Positions 1-12,227 of a stretch of 64,000 bases of DNA are shown here, piece after piece (within the stretch, counting starts at the first letter, position 1; every line of letters begins with the position of its first letter). The stretch is from positions 1,429,223 to 1,493,222 of the forward strand of contig OZ316892.1 in the NCBI GenBank assembly GCA_973895155.1, in the 5' to 3' direction. The DNA is from Marsupella aquatica (Eukaryota > Plantae > Marchantiophyta). Position numbers and translations under genes: made by a program. Under the pieces are notes generated by a model. That model made no database searches. It was not told the origin of the DNA and saw only the letters and a program-made list of their open reading frames with translations.

Positions 1-2420
1 GCTTGATTTTGAAAAGGCTTTTGACAGGGTCTGCCATGACTACATCTGGGAGTGCATGCACCTGCTCGGGATCAGTGGGCGCTTTATCATGCTAGTGAGA
101 GCGTTGTTGGCGCAAGCTACCTCTAGGGCACTGGTTAACGGATTCCTCTCGGAAAAGGTACACCTGAAGCGTGGGGTGCGACAAGGTTGCCCGCTCTCAC
201 CACTTTTATTTGTACTCTCCACACAGCCGCTTATGGACTTCCTTGATGCTGAGATTGAGGAAGGGCAACTCAGAGGACTGCGGATCATGGAGGACCTCAT
301 GATTTGCTACAGACTATTTGCAGATGATGTTGGCATGTTCATCCCAGCTACAAAGAAGGACTTTGAGGATACAAGGTTGGCACTTGAATGTTACGAGACT
401 GCCAGCGGCGCCAAACTGAATCTTGAGAAATCAGTGGTTATCCCATTGGCCTTGGAGCTCGGGGGGTCACTATATGGAGGGTCATACATCGCGTGCGACG
501 TTTTAGGGTTTGACCCCCCTAACTTTAAAGTGAATTTTTTTTTTTTGCAAAGCCCTTTCTTTCTTAAAATTTTGTCATTTTTTATTAAAAAACCCCTAAA
601 AACTTTATAGAAAGTATTTTTTGCAATTAAATAGGCCTATCTGTTCTTTAAAGTCGACCAATCAATAAAACATGCCCTATGTGTTCTTCCACCAAACTTT
701 GGAAGTCTTCCGCCACACCCATTTAAATGGGCCTATACTTCGTCGCACGTGATGTGTCACTTCCGTGGAAGTGACCCCCCCGAGCCTTGGAGGAAATACC
801 AAGATGGCTAACTAACATTGGATGTATTATCAGCCAAAAAGGTGAGGTTCAGAAGTACTTGGGCGCACCAATTGGGGTGGGGCTGCAGACAGAACAGCTG
901 CATAAATTCTGTTTAGACAAGATCAGCTCTCGTCTTTCTACTTGGGTAAACAAGCTCTTGTCATTCACAGGTAGAACCCTTTTGGTTAAGCATATTTTGC
1001 AAGCAATTCCTATATATCATGTGATGTATTGTAAAGCCTTTGCTAGTCTGGCAAAGAAGTTGATTGCTCTTAGTCGAGATTTCTTATGGGGATACAATAC
1101 CACAGGGGGAAGGAAGATCCCCCTGGTGGCCTGGGAACGGCTGGCACTTCCTAGGGTGGAGGGGGGTCTGGGATTTAAAGACTTCATAAGTCACTCAGAT
1201 GCACTGCTCTCCCAATGGTTCGCTAAAGCACTTAACTCCCCGAACCTAGAATGGTCTAGAATGCTTGCTGCAAATCTGGCTCTGATGGGCTGGATGAACT
1301 ACAAAGTAATCAGACGAAACCGATATTCCTTTCAAGACAAGTTATTACTGTGTACACCGAGGTCATATAGTGGCCTTCCATGTACGAGTGGACTATGGAG
1401 GAGTTGGACGATGCTCAGAGCACACCTGTCTTTTGAACCTGGCAGGCTTGGGGTTCCGGCGCGATGGAGCATCTATGACACCTTACATTGCCTTGCAGGA
1501 TTTCACTCCCTTTTAAATGAGGCCATTGTTGGGGTTGCCACCATTTGTGGTAGACTAGGAATGAGATCTATTGGGGACGGATGGTCTTTGGAGGATAGAG
1601 CCTGGAAGGAACTCCCAATGAGATGGCACAGCTTGCGGGGTTTCACTTCTGAGCACCGAGCACTTGCACACTCATTCCTAGAATACCTGTGGAACACCAA
1701 TGAATGTAGGACTGACTTTTACCTTTATGCCAAACAGTGGCGGTGGGCTGACAAAACAAAGAAGTTGAAGGATTTCAGGGTGGATAACTGTCGTGTTTAT
1801 GAATTCCTACGGCCCAAAAGCGCAAATCACGGTCATCTTAATCGGATCTGGTCCATTTCTCGACCTGAATTGAGATGGAACTTGGGGTGGTCTAGATTGT
1901 GGGGCTCTGATCTGCCAACCAGGGGCAAGACATTCATCTGGAGAATTATTGTTGGGGGTCTATTCACGGGTGCTAGGGCACTTAGAATTGGTGTGAGCAA
2001 TGGTGATTGCAAGGTGTGTAGCGGTACCTTGGAGACCATCCCCCACATGTTCTTTGGGTATGCATTTGCTATGAGGTGCTGGAGACTCTGCCACTACTTC
2101 TTACGTGAGCTGGGCTTACCAATCGGCCAGGGGCTGCTGACTTTGTTGGACTCTGCTTACGGGAGGGACCCTGAGCAAATTGTCAAACTATTTGTCTTGC
2201 AACAGATTTTATAGAGGTTGTGGCTAGGCAGGAACTCCCATATGTTCAATGCAGGTGGTAGACGTACATTTGATATGGGCCTTGTGCTTTCTGAAGCTGC
2301 TGAGTGCTTGAATGCTGTGAGCAGATGCTCACCCCCTGGTAGAAAGAACACCCGGTTGTGTCGGGCAAAAGATAGGATTGACAGTTTGCGTAGGCTCTGG
2401 CTTAGTGATGGCAGGGGCTG
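1..2420 (+). mobile_element. L1-like LINE ORF2 remnant (RT, C-terminal zf-RVT-like region), interrupted by a MITE and cut at the 3' end
   Basis: RT motifs GVRQGCPLSPLLF and LFADD, then KYLG, WERLALPRVEGGLG and CKVC...ETIPHMFF...WLGRN. Removing 458-784 plus one TSD copy fuses ORFs 56.. and 787.. in frame (PLALE-EIPRW). In-frame TAG at 2212. Confidence 0.93.
458..784. mobile_element. 327-bp MITE with terminal inverted repeats and 8-bp TSD
   Basis: TIRs CTCGGGGGGTCACT / AGTGACCCCCCCGAG; TSD CCTTGGAG at 450-457 and 785-792; AT-rich non-coding interior. Confidence 0.92.
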
Positions 2421-2504
2421 TACCTTGGGTCGAGTTACAAAACGAATATCTCCCAACGAGAAAGAAACGGGAGGCTCATCGGAGGGAGGTTTGTTGAGAT
2501 CCAT
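2420..2504 (-). pseudogene. LTR microprotein B (family F1), truncated
   Basis: MDLNKPPSDEPPVSFSLGDIRFVTRPK matches MDLNRSPDDIPISFSLGDIRIVFRRK; its ATG is 1 nt after the ORF A stop. Confidence 0.65.
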
Positions 2505-2505
2505 C

Positions 2506-2712
2506 TCAATACAAGATAAAAATTGTGCAAGCCCAATCCTGCCCGTAAACTACATAAGGGTATACAATTGGCTCTATTGAATTTAATACCGCAGTTGCAA
2601 ATGCTTCCCCAAAGTGAAAAGTCATATGCTGGCGCATTATCTCTTTTTGGAGTACATGAATTCTAATAAGGAAAGGATTAGGGAGAGGAAAAATAGGTAC
2701 TGGTCTGGGCAT
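2506..2712 (-). CDS. LTR microprotein A (family F1, 68 aa from ATG)
   Basis: MPRPVPIFPLPNPFLIRIHVLQKEIMRQHMTFHFG...EPIVYP...W.C.IFILY aligns without gaps to ORF A at 15618, 26953 and 47365. Confidence 0.7.
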   Translation of the reverse strand: MPRPVPIFPLPNPFLIRIHVLQKEIMRQHMTFHFGEAFATAVLNSIEPIVYPYVVYGQDWACTIFILY

Positions 2713-3369
2713 TATCGTACTATCAAATATTCCATCCAACTAATTTTTATTCTAATGACAAGAAATAGAATCATTCAACAAAAAGATCATCTATTTCAAA
2801 TAAATATCATGCATTGAGTTAACTCTAAGTATATATACATGTAGACGTTTATCTTAATAGGTTGATCTTCTTTTGAATGAAAATACTATCTGAATATCCA
2901 ACTCATACAAAATACCTCTGGCCGAGCCGAAGCTCTAAGCAAGAGTGCATGAGTGGGTCTACTTCATAAGGATTTCACCCAAAAGGGAGCATATGATGTC
3001 AAGGCATTGTTGAGCACTTTCCAACTCTTTAGAACTTAATAACCATCTCCTATCAAATGACAACACTTTCTGAAGGTCCGACTCATACAAAATATCCCTG
3101 GCCGAGCCGAAGCTCTAAGCAAGAGTGCATGAGTGGGTCTACTTTATAAGGGTTATATTCATAGAAGAGATCATCAAGTCCAATGGATTTTTAAGACTTC
3201 ACAACTTAGTTGATGAAAAATGGGGAGTGAGGGGAGAGAGCCCCTCTCCTCTTTATTTACAGTGCTCACACCTCAAGCACACGGATCAAGCATGGCACAC
3301 GGATGGAAGCCATGTGTCACACATCCAAGGCAAGTAAGTGTGCTAGTACTGTAGTTACGTGAGTGGAGC

Positions 3370-3665
3370 AACTGTAGACAGTACACTGTAGTATGCACAC
3401 TGTAGATCGTACACTATAGCATGCATACTGTAGATCGTACACTATAATATGCACACTATAGATCATACACTGTAGCATGCACACTATAGATCGTACACTG
3501 TAGCATGTACACTGTAGATCGTACACTGTAGCATGCACACTGTAGGTCTTGCACTGTAGCATGCACACTGTAGATCGAACAATATAGCATGCATACTGTA
3601 GACCGTGTACTGTAGCATGCACACTGTAGGTTGTGCACTGTAGCATGCACACTATAGACTGCATA
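3370..3665. repeat. ~28-bp tandem array (TGTAGATCGTACACTGTAGCATGCACAC-like) in the U3 of LTR F1
   Basis: About ten degenerate units visible directly. Confidence 0.9.
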
Positions 3666-3743
3666 TGCGAGAATTTAAACTACTATCCTATACTACTAAG
3701 CTATACTTAGGAGGAACTTACTAAACAAAGAATCCCCATGACA

Positions 3744-4736
3744 ACGCTGTTTGAGTTGCGGACTAGCTCGCTCGGAACCCGAAGAACACTCCGTGTTGAT
3801 TACTGGACGGACTTGGGACTGGTTCGGCAGTACTCCGGTGGTCATCGGTTGAGGCACTAGTGGTATCGAACTTCGCTTGAGTAAGCCGCTGGTTGCCCTT
3901 CAGCTTAAAGAACTTCGCTGGAACCTCAAGAATCGCCTCAGTTACCGATCTAAGCCCTTCCTCGCTGAGATATAGTTCGGTGATGTAGTCTCGCAGCTCA
4001 TTGTAGCTGGAATCCCTGGTGATGGCTGTCCTTTCGCAATTAACCAGTGCTACCTTGGTCACCAGCCTCGCGTATCTTCGTTCGTAAGCGGCTTTCTCGA
4101 GGCAAGAGTACTAGTAAGTCTCGGAGAATTTAGCATCTACCTCGCCAAACAAGGTCCAAAATCCCAAGGCTGTGAGGGTCATACTAACCTCGTAGTCCGG
4201 TTCGTTGAGTCCGCGTTCCCACCCGGCTGGTCCTCTGTCTCGTGGAGGCCTCGCTCGTCCTGACTAAATCTCGCCACATTCCGCTCTTCTCCCTCGATAA
4301 TCTCCTTGTAAAGGTCAACTCGATTCAATCAGCAGGGCGAGTGGGTGGCAACATCCGCGAATTCAAAGAAAGGTAGACATGAGCAAATGGCCCGCAGCAC
4401 CATCGGCTCCTCTCTTATGGAGGTGCTAGGATGAGCCCGAGCGTGAGAAGGCCAGGCCGTTTTGGTCGTTGATAGTGAGCTGAAGTCGGCGCCTCGGTCC
4501 AAGCGTGATTCTTCTAACTGATTTTTACTCCGCTGCCGCCACCGTACCTCGGTCGCGCGTAATAATTCCCTTCTTGAACTCGTAATGATTCGATCATCTT
4601 AACCTACTCCTAATCTAATCATAATGGCAACAGACGGCTATACGTGCTATTCTACACTATGGCTACGGTTCTAATGACCGTATAAGTCCTAATCTACGAC
4701 CTGGGTTCGGTCAAGTGACACGTTACCCGTGTCACA
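3744..4736 (-). mobile_element. 5' part of giant gene-carrying LTR family Y
   Basis: Minus strand starts TGTGACACGGGTAACGTGTCAC. Highly similar to 55903 onward and encodes the same N-terminal peptide (TKVALVNCERTAITRDSSYNELRDY). Confidence 0.85.
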
Positions 4737-6275
4737 TGGGGCTCAAGAGCTTTGGCTGCCCCACGTGTCAAAGCTACTGATACATCAATATGTGCAGTGC
4801 CACACATGAATCTCATGGTGACAAGGTCTCCATCAGCTTCATAAGATGTGGAAGGACCATGGGATGTGGAAGATCCATAGGATGTAGATGCCCCATCACC
4901 AAAAGTAGGTCTTACCTGGGGACTAGCCATGGCAGCCAGTTGTTGCTCCAATTGAGCAATCTTAGCATCTTTTGGATCTATGGTTACAGCAGGGGCAATG
5001 TCACCTCCCTGTCTCCCTGCATGTGGCATGCCACGACCACGTCCACCACCTCTACCTCCTCCTCCTCTTCCCTGATCATGTGTACGGGATCCTCCCCTCC
5101 GTAACTCAGGGTGGGGTGAGAAACACCTATCCTTGGTGTGTCTAGGAGCTGCACAGTGATTGCATTGTCGCTGATCAGGCGCTGATGCTCCCCCTGATCC
5201 TCTATGATCTGGGCAATATCTTTGTGCATGATCCCCACCACAGGTCCAACATCCTGACTGCTGTCCAGCATAAGAGGGCACAGGTATTTGGCTGGTAGAC
5301 TCTCGTGCAATAGGCTTCTCCCTCTAGCTCTTCCATGCAGTAGACTGTGGTGTGGATGTAGATGCAGCCTTTGGTGCTTCCTTGGCAAATCCGGAAGTCA
5401 CCACCTTCTCATTCACCATATTGAGCTCAATGCGCTCAGAAAGGGTAAAAACAACTGCTAATGTGGGATCTACATCCCTAAGCAGAGTGACATCTCTCAC
5501 TCTACGTTACAATTCTCTATCCATAATTGCATACCAAAATTGGACTGCCTGAGCCTCTGTCACTTCCTTGGTGACAATGATCAATCTACGCATACGAGTG
5601 TATGCCTCATGTAGACTCTCTCCAGTCTTGCGCTGGAACTCCTAGAGACCCTTTAACTTATCAATTCTCACACCCTGATAGAACTTCTGCTTCAGTACCT
5701 CAAAGAACTCCACCACAAGGTTAAATGCTAGTGTAGCTCTAGTCCCTATCGCAATCACACCGGTAGGAGTAGTGGTGGATGCTGCTGGAGTGCTACTGGT
5801 GGATGGTGTGCCACTCTAGCTAGTGCTGCTAGAAAAAGCAGTAGCTGTGGCAATGGGTTGGGCAGCCGCACTAGTGCCATAGTTGATGGATACGTAATTA
5901 GGCGACCAATGCTGCCTCCATGCCTCAATCTTAACCAAATGAGCCTTCCAAAACTCATGGTAGTCATCAATGGGTGGCCTCTTCAAATGCTGAAATAATC
6001 CCTTCCATGCCATGAAAGGGGTAAACAATGTGGCGTTACGCAATATCTGCATATTGCCCCACGTATCAAACTCCTGGATGAAGTCATCCAGATCAATCGT
6101 GCCAACTGCACCAGAGTATCATCGTGGGCCCTTTGTAGCCCTGTACATCTCTTTCATATCCCACAACAAAGGTGCAATCACCTGAGTCATCGTCAAAATC
6201 ACTGTTTGAAGTTGTGCTACTGACTGCTACCAATGTCGCTGGCCGAAATTGCGCCCCACTCTGAGTGAAACTCAT
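4737..6275 (-). pseudogene. gag: Decayed LTR-retrotransposon gag
   Basis: Zinc knuckles CWTCGGDHAQRYC and CNHCAAPRHTKDRC, RGG-rich tract; broken into several ORFs. Confidence 0.8.
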
Positions 6276-7231
6276 CTGTCATCCATCGGGTAACCCAGCA
6301 GCACCAAAAGAATCTGTGGTGACCAACCTAACCTAATCTATATGCTAACGCTAAGGGCAATCTGTCCCTGTCAGCAACACAAGCACTCACCATGGTGTGG
6401 CATCACTCCAACATCACCAAGAGAGAAATACGTAGCACAACTAGAATGTCAGGTTGCAAACCCGGATCACTCCTATAGAATCAAGCGCCCATGCCAAACT
6501 AACATGGCGCATAAACAGAAAGCATGTGTGGAGAGGATCCAACAACAAGAAGCGGATTTACCACAACTCTCCACACCAATCAATCAAAAATACGTGAAAA
6601 TAATGTCCATATAGTTCAATGTAGGGCCTTCATAATAGGCTTCAAGAATCCTGCGTCAAATATTCAAGAATCCATCGCAAAATAGTTGAAATAGAGTAGC
6701 TAGATGAATTCAAAAGTGCATAAAACCCCTGAGGCCTCATTCCTTGGACATCAAATGTGGAAGGAAGCATGTACAATACACTACATAAGAACTAGCTAGT
6801 TAAGCGCTTGAGGGGAGGAATAGCTTTGGGATGGGTGACCTCTCACTTGTCATTATGCACCAAATCTGACACTCAAAACTGCAACACTTGCAAGTTCTCC
6901 TCACGTACCAGCAAGCTCCTGCTCCGCCCTCACGCCCCTTGTCCAGAGTAACCACGAGTTGCCTCAAAGCCTCAAAACGCCGAGATGAGCCAAAGAGTGA
7001 GCCCGCAACGCTTTGCTATGCTAGATCTAACTTTGGGTTTCGGCAATATTCGCATTTGGCCTCATCGTTCCTTCACGGAAATTGCAGGGCTGTCACCGGA
7101 TTTGACTTAAGTTCAGGTTTTGGCAACATTCACACTCGGCCTCATCGTTCCTTCACGGTGTCCGAGGATTTTTAACTACTCGAGAGGCACTGGGCCTTGC
7201 TACCTGTGCAAATTATGACTACTCACCTGAA

Positions 7232-7441
7232 CTATACAAGCACAAAAATACTCAAAGTTCCCCTTGGATGATCCCCGTAAAGTATTAGAGCTTCTTTCGA
7301 AGATACTATAACATTATACAACTCTTCTCCAAACTTTCTTACTAAGATTTCTCTACATGCTATCTTCCTTCGCACAATAATCTTCAAACTCAAGGAAGAC
7401 GTCAAATTTAATATTGGACTTGGGACCTGATTCAAATCCAT
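7232..7441 (-). CDS. LTR microprotein B (family F3, 69 aa)
   Basis: MDLNQVPSPILNLTSSLSLKIIVRRKIACREILVRKFGEELYNVIVSSKEALILY...IFVLV, homologous to ORF B at 27173. Confidence 0.7.
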   Translation of the reverse strand: MDLNQVPSPILNLTSSLSLKIIVRRKIACREILVRKFGEELYNVIVSSKEALILYGDHPRGTLSIFVLV

Positions 7442-7446
7442 CTTTT

Positions 7447-7670
7447 CTAGTACAAAATATAGATAGTACACACCCACTCTTCTTCATAAGTACCTACGAG
7501 ATATATGAGTGAAATGTTTGAATCATAACCATGATGGCAAAATCTATACCAAACTGATACATAAGCGTTTGACGCATTACATTTTTATCTAAACAATGTA
7601 ATCTAATAAAAAATGGGCTGACAATCACTCCCGGTAATCTATGCACTCTTGGCAACCCATGCAACATCAT
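7447..7670 (-). pseudogene. LTR microprotein A (family F3), 1-nt frameshift
   Basis: Manual translation: SPFFIRLHCLDKNVMRQTLMYQFGIDFAIMVM / SNISLIYLVGTYEEEWVCTIYILY*. Confidence 0.7.
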
Positions 7671-8959
7671 TCACAATCTATGGGAATAGCTAAAGCCTAT
7701 GGTATAAGTTAACCTTTGATAATATATCCTTGATACAGGCGACATAGTCATCCTTGCCAGATTTGAGTATTTAACTTAAGGTGCTCAAGTGGTGGCATAG
7801 CCCTCCATGACCATAAGAAAAATTCTCAATTCCTTCTATCATGAAAACCGGCGGTATAGCCCTCCGTTATATCAAGGCAAACCATGGACTCAACTCTCAA
7901 TAGTGGGAACATAATGCCCTATGGGAAGCAAGTTCCCTTCTATTTATACTTTGAAATGTTGACCACCCATAATTTGATAGCCAACTATTTTGTCCACTTT
8001 CTTAGCACACTATTTTGTAAAGCAGACTACCCACAATTTGCTAGTCCACTTTTTGCCCACTATCTTAGCACACTGTTTTGTAAAGTGGACTACCCATAGT
8101 TTGCTAGCCCGCTTTTTTGGCACACTATTTTATTTTGTCCTATTCTATTATCTTGGCCTACTATACTCTTTTGGCCCACTATACTTATTTGACCTATTAT
8201 ACTCATTTGGCCTACTATACTCATTTGGTCTACTATTATTTTGGTATACTATTTTATTTTTACCTATTCTATGATTTTTACCTATTCTATTCTATTCACG
8301 GAAATTGCAGGACTGTCACTTCTACTCAACAGTCAGCTTGGTTGCGCCCTCAACGCCGTTCTTTCGCGGAAACGTCGAAGCTCGATTCAACAATATTGAC
8401 CCTCATTTCCTTCACGGAAATATAGATCCACAACAATTTCAAGTTCGACGGCAACAAACTTATCAAAACAACAACATTCGTGATCATTTCCTTCCCGAAA
8501 CTCACAGATCCGCAATGTATGATTGCAGATCTATTAACATCCGCACTCAGCAGGCCAGATCTATCAACATCCATCCCTCAACAGGCTCGATCTACTTCAC
8601 AAAAATGCGGGCAACAACATACTGTCCATCAAATGGCAGCACAGATCCCAGATTGACACACTGTCTCCTTGCAAATCTGGTAAAACAATAAGCGATCTTC
8701 AACGATCTGTGATCTCTCTTCTCAAAACAGCCCGACAACAAGACACAAACTACAGCAGATCAAAATACTAACAATCTAGTCAATATGATCCGAGCTACCA
8801 CGAATCCACGCAACAGCTTCAAATAATTTCCATGAGCCGTCGCCAACTCAATCGACACCAAACAAACTTTTGTTTGTACAGTCCGCACAACAGAGTTTGC
8901 ATCTGATCTTTCAATATAATTTTCTCAACAATCGGCACAATGATCCTGGTCAACAATAC

Positions 8960-9242
8960 CTCATCGATCCCACACCAATCCGATCACACATGTATGTCGA
9001 GCCAATGTACCTTGCACTCAAGGAATCCACGCTACATAGAGAGAGCTCTCAGCCACCATAGCCACCACACAAGCTCCCTCTCCAAGGCTCAACATTGAAA
9101 GATAACCTTTCAATGCCTCACAAGAGACAACTACCCTCTCACACAAACCTAATGGAACCCTATTGGCTCCAATAGCACACATACAAAATATACATACTCA
9201 ACTAGCACTATATACTACAACAACATTTAGAATGGTGTGACA
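8960..9242 (-). mobile_element. LTR family Z-like 5' segment
   Basis: Reverse complement of 58839-~59110 (TGTCACACCATTCT...); lies upstream of the minus-strand gag at 4737-6275. Confidence 0.75.
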
Positions 9243-9329
9243 ACTCGCAAATGTCAAGCCCAGAAAAGATATGAAACTTGGCTTCCTCCTGATCAAGTGG
9301 ATTTGGATGAAGAATCTATTGATGCATTG

Positions 9330-10567
9330 GTGACAGAAGATGCAGATCCATCCTCATTACGAGAGGTCCTAGCTTCTATGGAGAAGCAACAGTGGTAGGC
9401 GGTGATGCGCATGGAAATGAAATCACTTCATGATAACAAGACTTGGGAACTCATAAGTCTACCTAGTGACAACCAGGCTGTTGACAGCAAGTGGGTGTAT
9501 AGGAAGAAAGATGGACCTATGGAGGATGCTTAGAAGATATTTAAGGCTCAATTGGTAGCCAAGGGGTTTACTCAATAGAAAAGTATAGGCTACAATGAAG
9601 TTTTTTCACCTGTATCAAAGTATTCAACAATACGTTTGCTATGTGCTCTTGTAGTTTTATTTGATCTGGTTTTAGATCAAATGGATGTTGTCACAACATT
9701 CTTATACGGATTGTTGGATGAGGTGATTTACATGAGGCAATCAGAGGGTTTTGTGCAAAAGGGCAAGGAAAATCTGGTATGTAGATTGCTAAAATCCTTG
9801 AATGTATGAATTAAAGCAGAGCCCAAGGTAGTGGAACAAGTGTTTTGATGAATTTTTGAAATACTGGATTTGTGCGAAATGTGTACGATCCATGTGTTTA
9901 CATCAGGCATGTGAACAACACAGGTTTTAAGTTTGTCATCCTTGTACTTTATGTGGATGATATGCTCATTGTAGGAAAGGATAGGGGCAAAGTTGATAAG
10001 CTTAAGGCCCAATTCAGTTCTGAGTTTAAGATGAAGGACTTGGGCATAGCCAAGAGGATCCTAGACATGGAGATTGTCAAGGATGTGAACAAAGCCAAAG
10101 TTTGGCTGACACAGAAAAGATATGCATAGAAGGTGCTCTCAAAATTTAACATGGCAGATGCTAAGGCTGTGAGTGTTCCTTTGGCAAGGCATTTTAATAT
10201 TTTTGCAGCATTTTGTCGATCGGATGCGACAGAAAAAAGTTTGATGTCCAAAGTTCCTTATGAAAGTGTTGTGGATAGTTTAATGTATCTCATGGCATGC
10301 ACCCAACCAGACATAGCTTATGCCGTTAGCAAGGTAAGCAAATACATGGCAAATCCAGGAAAAGTTCATTGGGAAGTAGTGAAATGGATTTTGCACTACA
10401 TTAGAGGTTCCACTAAGAAGGGTTTATTGTTTGATGCAAGTTCAAACAATATGAAAGTGCTTCAAGGTTATGTGGATGCAGATTACGTAGGTGATCTGGA
10501 TAAGAGGAGATCAACAACTGGATATATATTTACACTTGCTGATGGATGCATTAGTTGGAAGTCTATT
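9330..10567 (+). pseudogene. pol: Ty1/copia RT-RNase H remnant
   Basis: QMDVVTTFLYG, LYVDDML, MKDLG and GYVDADYVGDLDKRRSTTGY motifs, with many stops and frameshifts. Confidence 0.92.
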
Positions 10568-10818
10568 TGTCACTTGCCTATCCAACAATTAATACGTGCA
10601 AACCGTACTTTTCTTTACTTAAACCGTTGGTATCGTATTACATGGTCGTGAAGGGACGCTATTTGGAGGATTTCCACACCTAAGGATGAGTATGTTTGAT
10701 TCCGCTCCCGGAAGTGTATTTTTTGATCAAGTCTACCGACTGGTCTCTTCATTTTTGATCAAGTCCAAGGGACTGGCCCTACCATCTACAACTCACGCCC
10801 ACTGGGTGAGTGCTGTCA
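10568..10818 (-). mobile_element. Probable 251-bp 3' LTR with adjacent PPT
   Basis: TG...CA ends; preceded on the minus strand by the purine tract AGAGGGGGGTGG (10819-10830); truncates the copia RNase H. No second copy in the window. Confidence 0.55.
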
Positions 10819-11859
10819 CCACCCCCCTCTCATAAGCAAACATACAAACGTTTACAATCAGATTTGAACACTAGTGACAAGGGCAAATGTTTCCACAATG
10901 AAACCGACCACATGCACTAGGGGAGGAAAACAAACAACACAAGCAACAACAAGTGACACACAAAATATTGGAACCTCAAGCCAAATCCATATCTCTTGGT
11001 GTTTCCCATAACACATGCAAGGATAACCCCGCCTCCTGCCATCTGCCCAACTCCTGCCTCCTGGGGACAAGTGCTACGTTCTCCACCTCACTACTTTGGC
11101 TTGAACTGCTCCTAATTGGTGCGCTACTCACAAAAGCTACTCAAAAGCATCAAAGCACTACGCTGAGTCCCCCCTAGCTCACTACGGGGCTCCCCCTAAA
11201 TACTGAAAAAAACACACCAAAGCACCCCTCACGGGGTCACCACAATGGCGGCTACCCTAGCGGCGCCGCTAAAACCTTTCACGAGAAATCCCTAACCTAA
11301 ACATGCAGCACACACATGTTCCTAAAAACCCTAATCTAACTACGGGACCGCCGGTGCCTTCGACAGTGCCAATTGCACCCGGTAGTCACGGAAGCACGTA
11401 CAATAAATCAATCAGCTACAGATGAAGATAATATGGAAGACCAAAAACCAGTACCAAGAGAATGTAAATGAAATACCAACCTATAGTCTCATGGCTGACT
11501 TTTCCAAAATGTCAAGGCTAGCTCGCGCTGCTGTGTAATCCTCAACCAAGAACTCTTCTATGGCAAGCAATGCATACCAGATCAGTATGATTCAGATTAG
11601 CAACTACTGATTTCAACAATGCAGTAGAAAAGTTGAAGCAGATTCTCTAGCAATAGCATAAACTAAGCTAAGCCAAACAAATTAGGCAAACACTACAACT
11701 TTGCGGAAACAACCAAGGAAAAGAATGTACCTTCACTTCCACTTTTTGGGCTTCTTGACACTTTTGACGGGATGACTATGCCCCAACGCCTGAATACACA
11801 GGAATGCTTGGACGATGACCTTAGTCTGCAATGTCCTTCACCCTTGATGTCTCGCGCGG

Positions 11860-12227
11860 TGTCGTGATAATTCAATTATTCATGATGAAATCATTATCAT
11901 TAAGTATATTATTTAGTATATAGATTATGTTTATATTTTGTTACGGGGTAACTAAATATTTTGACTATTACTTATGTGCATGCAAGGTAAGCAATTATGC
12001 AAACCACAAGGTGCATGCACAAATTGTTTTATTTGCATGCATTAGACTTTGTTTTATGTGCATGCAAGGTGAACAAATGTGCAAGCCACAAGGTGCATGC
12101 ACAAATTGTTTTAGATGCATGCAAATTGTTTTATTTGCATGTATTAGTTGTTTTATGTGCATGCAAGGTGAGCAAATGTGCAAGCCACAAGGTGCATGCA
12201 CAAATTGTTTTAGGTGCATGCAAATTG
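11860..12227 (+). mobile_element. Truncated U3 of LTR family F2
   Basis: TGTCGTGATAATTCAATTATT start and TGCATGCA-rich array, as at 14768 and 26081. Confidence 0.9.

Larger units (their letters stand above)
2420..3743 (-). mobile_element. LTR family F1 (microprotein-encoding), 3'-truncated; left boundary approximate
   Basis: Starts TGTCATG on the minus strand at 3743; tandem array; TATA-like TAAATA near 3255; ORF A/B pair homologous to that in the gypsy LTRs at 14768 and 26081. Confidence 0.8.
7159..8300 (-). mobile_element. LTR family F3, solo-like copy 1 (microprotein-encoding)
   Basis: Minus strand ends ...CGGACA at 7159; interrupts a host repeat at CACGG (7154-7158, 8297-8301); TATAAATA on minus near 7945; highly similar to 35426-35596 plus 41381-42360. 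Confidence 0.8.

Noticed and set aside
2876-3146. Possible retrozyme hammerhead ribozymes in the LTR duplications
   Set aside because: No CTGANGA...GAAA core with suitable stems seen on either strand.
3370-3665. CRISPR-like appearance of regular ~28-bp repeats (also 47815-48180)
   Set aside because: Units are head-to-tail with no unique spacers, there are no cas genes, and the context is a eukaryotic LTR.
7884-8099. Plus-strand ORF shared by both F3 LTRs (MDS...GKQVPFYLYFEML)
   Set aside because: Antisense across the TATA box and array; shared only through recent DNA identity and absent from other families.
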